From NCBI GenBank assembly GCA_963845085.1, contig CAWJQI010000004.1:96001-160000 (forward strand): 64,000 nucleotides of DNA. The letters are read 5' to 3'. The stretch comes from Candidatus Fermentibacterota bacterium. GTDB taxonomy: Bacteria > Fermentibacterota > Fermentibacteria > Fermentibacterales > JCC-6. A model generated the notes under the pieces. It made no database searches. It had not been told where the DNA came from and was given only the letters and a program-made list of their open reading frames with translations. Below, piece after piece: positions 60,493 to 64,000 of this stretch; within the stretch, counting starts at the first letter, position 1; each line of letters opens with the position of its first letter. A program made the position numbers and the translations under genes.

Positions 60493-60579
60493 CGCCGGAA
60501 GCGTTCGCTCGGCATATTACCAACAGGGTTGTGCATTTGCGCATGATCCAACTCCATCCGTTCAATCGGCCAGACGCCA

Positions 60580-61458
60580 GTGAAAGTGTGCACAATGTCA
60601 GTCGAATCAACCCTGAGCACCCCGAGGGTGTCATGGCGGTGCCGGTGTTCAACCCCTGTTTTCAGTGCTGTCTACAAGCTTCTGATGAAGGCCAGGGCAC
60701 CCGTGATCAGGCGCTGGTACGACCAGATGTCACGGATCGACCGGGATGCCGACATGACGCTGATGAACTACGGCTGGGCAGCCACCGACGATTCACATGT
60801 TCCGGTTACCCTCGATACGCGGGACGAGGTTAACCGTTACAGCATACAGCTCTACAACGAGGTCGCCGGTGCGGTCGACCTTGCGGGGAGAAGTGTTCTG
60901 GAAATCGGCAGTGGAAGGGGCGGTGGTGCCTCTTTCATAGCTCGGTACCTCAGTCCTCTGTCCATGACCGGTCTCGATTTCTCCCCGAAAGCGGTCGCGT
61001 TCTGCCGCAACCATTACAACGTGCCCGGCCTCAGTTTCCAGCAGGGAGACGCTGAGAATCTGCATTTCTCCCCCGAAACTTTCGATGCGGTCGTAAATAT
61101 CGAATCATCGCATTGCTACGGTTCCATTCCCGGCTTTCTGCGCGGGGTCCACCGGGTACTCAAGACGGGCGGGCATTTCCTGTACTCCGACTACTGCCCG
61201 GAAAGCCAGCTCGACATATTGAGGCACCAGATGAGTGAGACGGGCTTTTCCATTCTTGAGGAAACCGACATCAGTGAAAACGTGCTCAGGTCGCTGGAAC
61301 TCGATGACAGCAGAAAGCGCGCCCTGATACGCAAAAAGGTTCCGGGGGTTCTTCGGGGCTTCTTCAACGAGTTCGCAGGGCTTCAGGGAACCCGCTCATA
61401 CAACAGCGCCCTTCGCAAGGGCGAGAAGATCTACTTCAGGTTCGTGCTGGAGAAGTAG
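60580..61458 (+). CDS. Class I SAM-dependent methyltransferase (start uncertain)
   Basis: MNYG, VLEIGSGRGGG, GDAENL, NIESSHCY, RVLKTGG. Confidence 0.88.
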   Translation: MKVCTMSVESTLSTPRVSWRCRCSTPVFSAVYKLLMKARAPVIRRWYDQMSRIDRDADMTLMNYGWAATDDSHVPVTLDTRDEVNRYSIQLYNEVAGAVDLAGRSVLEIGSGRGGGASFIARYLSPLSMTGLDFSPKAVAFCRNHYNVPGLSFQQGDAENLHFSPETFDAVVNIESSHCYGSIPGFLRGVHRVLKTGGHFLYSDYCPESQLDILRHQMSETGFSILEETDISENVLRSLELDDSRKRALIRKKVPGVLRGFFNEFAGLQGTRSYNSALRKGEKIYFRFVLEK

Positions 61459-61529
61459 CTCGGCAAAAGTCCTTCCCGTCCCCTCATGTCCGGGATATAG
61501 TAAGCCTTGTTTTCCGGGGGGGGATTTAT

Positions 61530-62225
61530 TTGGCCGGTTCCATTTACACGTGCGGCAGGTGTGGAAGGGTTCTTCCCGGACCATCCTCGGGTTGTCCGTT
61601 CTGCGGAGTGTCGTTCAGTGGCATACACTGCTGCAACTGCGGATACAACGGCTCGAAGTCGGATTTTGCCGGAGATGTCTGCCCCAAGTGCCGCAGGAAT
61701 CCCTACACGGGGGCAGTCACACGGCGGCCGGGGCAGGGAGTTCACGGCAAGCCCGGCGAACCCCGCAACGACAAGAATGCAATCGGTTGCTCAATGGCCA
61801 CAGGCGTTGCTTTTCTTGCAGTCGGGATCCTCACGAACGCTTCAGCAGGCTGTCGTTCAGTGTCAATACTTGCAGGCATTTTTCTGTTGTTCGTGCCCCT
61901 GGGCATGAAGTTTCTCGGGGGCACACGGAAAGAATCAGTGCCCGCAGGTTCTCAGTCCCGCAAGCCTGACGCCATGCCGGTTCCCTGTCCCGAACCGGTC
62001 GACCCCTGCCCGTACCCGGCCTTCCCAAGAAGCGGATGGCTGGACCCGGCAGCAGGGGGATTCTTCGTCCCCCACGGCTGGAGCTACGATGAAGGGCTAA
62101 AGAGGGCCAACTCCGGTGTGACGAAATTCATAATATCCGGCGACATGAACGGCACCATGACCTACGCGCATTTCGAGAAGTCCGGCGGCAACTGGACGAC
62201 CCGCATCGATGACTATCTTCCCTGA
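61530..62225 (+). CDS. Hypothetical protein with N-terminal zinc ribbons and two TMs
   Basis: CGRC, CPFC, CCNC, CPKC followed by two hydrophobic segments. Confidence 0.6.
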   Translation: MAGSIYTCGRCGRVLPGPSSGCPFCGVSFSGIHCCNCGYNGSKSDFAGDVCPKCRRNPYTGAVTRRPGQGVHGKPGEPRNDKNAIGCSMATGVAFLAVGILTNASAGCRSVSILAGIFLLFVPLGMKFLGGTRKESVPAGSQSRKPDAMPVPCPEPVDPCPYPAFPRSGWLDPAAGGFFVPHGWSYDEGLKRANSGVTKFIISGDMNGTMTYAHFEKSGGNWTTRIDDYLP

Positions 62226-62277
62226 CTCAGTATTTGCAATGGGATTCAAATGCTGAATGCCCGAAAGGTTGCAGCGG

Positions 62278-62306
62278 TTGACAAGCTACGTATACATTTG
62301 TATACA
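62278..62306 (+). promoter_or_regulatory. Promoter with GTATACA-TT-TGTATAC palindrome
   Basis: TTGACA at 62278-62283; palindrome 62290-62305 covers the -10 region. Confidence 0.65.
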
Positions 62307-62332
62307 TCTCCCACTCCAACAGAAAGGCATCA

Positions 62333-62671
62333 ATGAGCAAAATCGCTTACTGCGGTCTGGATTGCGAAGGCTGCCCGGCCTTCGTGGCCCATCTCACGAA
62401 CGACCAGGCCCTGCGGGAGAGAACCGCTGCGGAATGGTCCAAAGCCTACGATGCAAACATTCTGCCTGACGGAATCGACTGCACGGGATGCATCAGCACG
62501 GGGGTCCAGTTCTCCTGGTGCAGCTCCGGCTGCCCTATCAGAAAATGTGTGACGGGCAGAGAGCTTTCCTCCTGCGGTGCGTGCGCCGACTACCCCTGCG
62601 ACAGCCTGGGCTTCATCATCAACCACTGCCCGGAAGCCAGGGAACGGCTGGATGCCGTCGGTAAAAACTAA
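62333..62671 (+). CDS. DUF3795 Cys-rich protein
   Basis: AYCGLDCEGC, CTGC, CPIRKC, CGACADYPC. Confidence 0.85.
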   Translation: MSKIAYCGLDCEGCPAFVAHLTNDQALRERTAAEWSKAYDANILPDGIDCTGCISTGVQFSWCSSGCPIRKCVTGRELSSCGACADYPCDSLGFIINHCPEARERLDAVGKN

Positions 62672-63672
62672 AGCAACCTTATCCGCAGTACCTCGCCCGA
62701 CCCAATCAAAGCCCTGCGGGAGTACAATGTAACGCCGCCGTCCTGCTCTCTGCAGCCCGCGCAGAACAGGTACTCCCCGGGGCCGAGTTCAAGGCTGTCG
62801 AGTTTCATCGGATCGAACCCAAGCCAGTCCAGGGGAATGAAACCGCCTGTCACCGGGATGCTGACAGTTCCCATCCAGTCCCCAACCAGCGGCTCATCAG
62901 GGGGTTCGATGAATACCATCCCCGTTTCCACGATGCTTCCAGTGGTGAGCTCTCCCGTGGCCTCGCACACAGCGAGTGCAAGATCGGCGAATCCTTCCGG
63001 AACCGGCTCCCATGGAAGCGGCAAGGGTTCCCATCCTGCTCCCGCCAGCCAGACCTCAAGCCACCTTCGTCTAGCGCCGGACTCGCCCGAGAACCAGCCG
63101 TCGATCTGCCGCGATGCAATGCCAAGGGCCTTGAGGCTTGAACAAAGGATAACGGTGCATTCTGTGGGGGTGGCGATCCGCGCTCCCAGTGAGATGAGCG
63201 GCGGTTCAACGCCGCCCAGGTAACCCTGCTCCCGGATCTCGATGTTTTCCTCGAGCGAGTTTATTATGAACTGCGCTGCTTCAAGGGGATCAGTCCCTCC
63301 CCCGGGCAGCTGCGGGAGCCAGTACGAGCGCAGAGCGCTTCTGTAGGCCGTAACAGGTTCCTGGTCGATCCTGTAGGAAAGGATGCACGAGCGGAACAGG
63401 CTGTCCGGAAGCCCGCCCGCTTCGTAGAAGCTCTCCCGGGCGTCCAGCGCACCCTGAATGTGGTCAATCAGGGCTTCCTGCGTCATCTCAAGTCTGTCCA
63501 GCCTTGGAATGCTCTCGAAAAGGTATTCTGCGCACAGGAGCTGCTCGCCGGTGAACTCGCCCAGAGCCGTGTTCCACACTTCCCTGTTGCCGGGTGTATC
63601 AGCAAGCAGGCTGTCTCTCAACGCAGGCGTCAGACCCCCGGAAAGACCCATCAACAGAAGAAGAGCGCTCAT
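62668..63672 (-). CDS. Transglutaminase-like domain protein (probably inactive)
   Basis: ILSYRI..EP, LKALGIASR, RWLEVW; ATG at 63672 overlaps the upstream stop. Confidence 0.65.
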   Translation of the reverse strand: MSALLLLMGLSGGLTPALRDSLLADTPGNREVWNTALGEFTGEQLLCAEYLFESIPRLDRLEMTQEALIDHIQGALDARESFYEAGGLPDSLFRSCILSYRIDQEPVTAYRSALRSYWLPQLPGGGTDPLEAAQFIINSLEENIEIREQGYLGGVEPPLISLGARIATPTECTVILCSSLKALGIASRQIDGWFSGESGARRRWLEVWLAGAGWEPLPLPWEPVPEGFADLALAVCEATGELTTGSIVETGMVFIEPPDEPLVGDWMGTVSIPVTGGFIPLDWLGFDPMKLDSLELGPGEYLFCAGCREQDGGVTLYSRRALIGSGEVLRIRLL

Positions 63673-64000
63673 CTCGCCGTCCTTGTGTTCATGTGCATCA
63701 CAGCGGGAAACCCTTCCGTTGTGCATGGAGTGAACCGGGTTGTCTCGCCGGGCACCACGTCGACCAGCGATGTGTTGACCGGCCAGCCCCATGTCAGAAG
63801 GTATGTCCCCTCACCGAGATCTACGGATCTGAGGGGGGCGGCAAGGCGAACGATACGCCTCGGAGCACCGTAGTTCGCCAGACAGACCCATACCTCGGTC
63901 GAATCGTCAGCGATTTCGAGCCTGCCGACAGCGGCATACGATTGTGTCACTGGAATGAAGGAAACCCCGGGCATATATTGAAGGGCGCCGGCGACCGAGT
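63669..64000 (-). CDS. C-terminal part of a gene entering from outside the window
   Basis: Open frame to the window edge; ATGA coupling to the downstream gene; similar LG.G.YL tail. Confidence 0.55.
   Translation of the reverse strand, partial: SVAGALQYMPGVSFIPVTQSYAAVGRLEIADDSTEVWVCLANYGAPRRIVRLAAPLRSVDLGEGTYLLTWGWPVNTSLVDVVPGETTRFTPCTTEGFPAVMHMNTRTAR

Overview
GC-rich bacterial chromosomal window. About ten secreted proteins end in a T9SS/FlgD-Ig-like sorting tail, which suggests an FCB-group lineage such as Ca. Fermentibacteria (inference only). Contents in order: (1) minus-strand ffh-rpsP-khpA-rimM-trmD-rplS operon, rpe, a PASTA protein and nrdR; (2) tRNA-His/Lys/Arg(TCT); (3) an ~11.5 kb accessory island between two convergent tRNA-Arg genes, whose right half is an integrase-less array of four cassettes (RCC1-repeat gene, degraded paralog, MNT-HEPN, HipBA), each delimited by a variant copy of the tRNA-Arg(CCT) 3' end; (4) housekeeping genes (hemW, arsC, lepA, glgP, selC, tcdA, tatD, guaA, purF, pyrG, M16 peptidase, thiF); (5) a tightly coupled porin - VTC polyphosphate polymerase domain - DUF4956 - 3x CotH kinase - 2x beta-helix operon downstream of corA, a candidate polyphosphate export/extracellular phosphorylation system; (6) GGDEF, methyltransferase and Cys-rich genes. 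Several single-base frameshifts in otherwise intact genes suggest an imperfectly polished assembly. All family assignments come from motif recognition by eye, not database searches.
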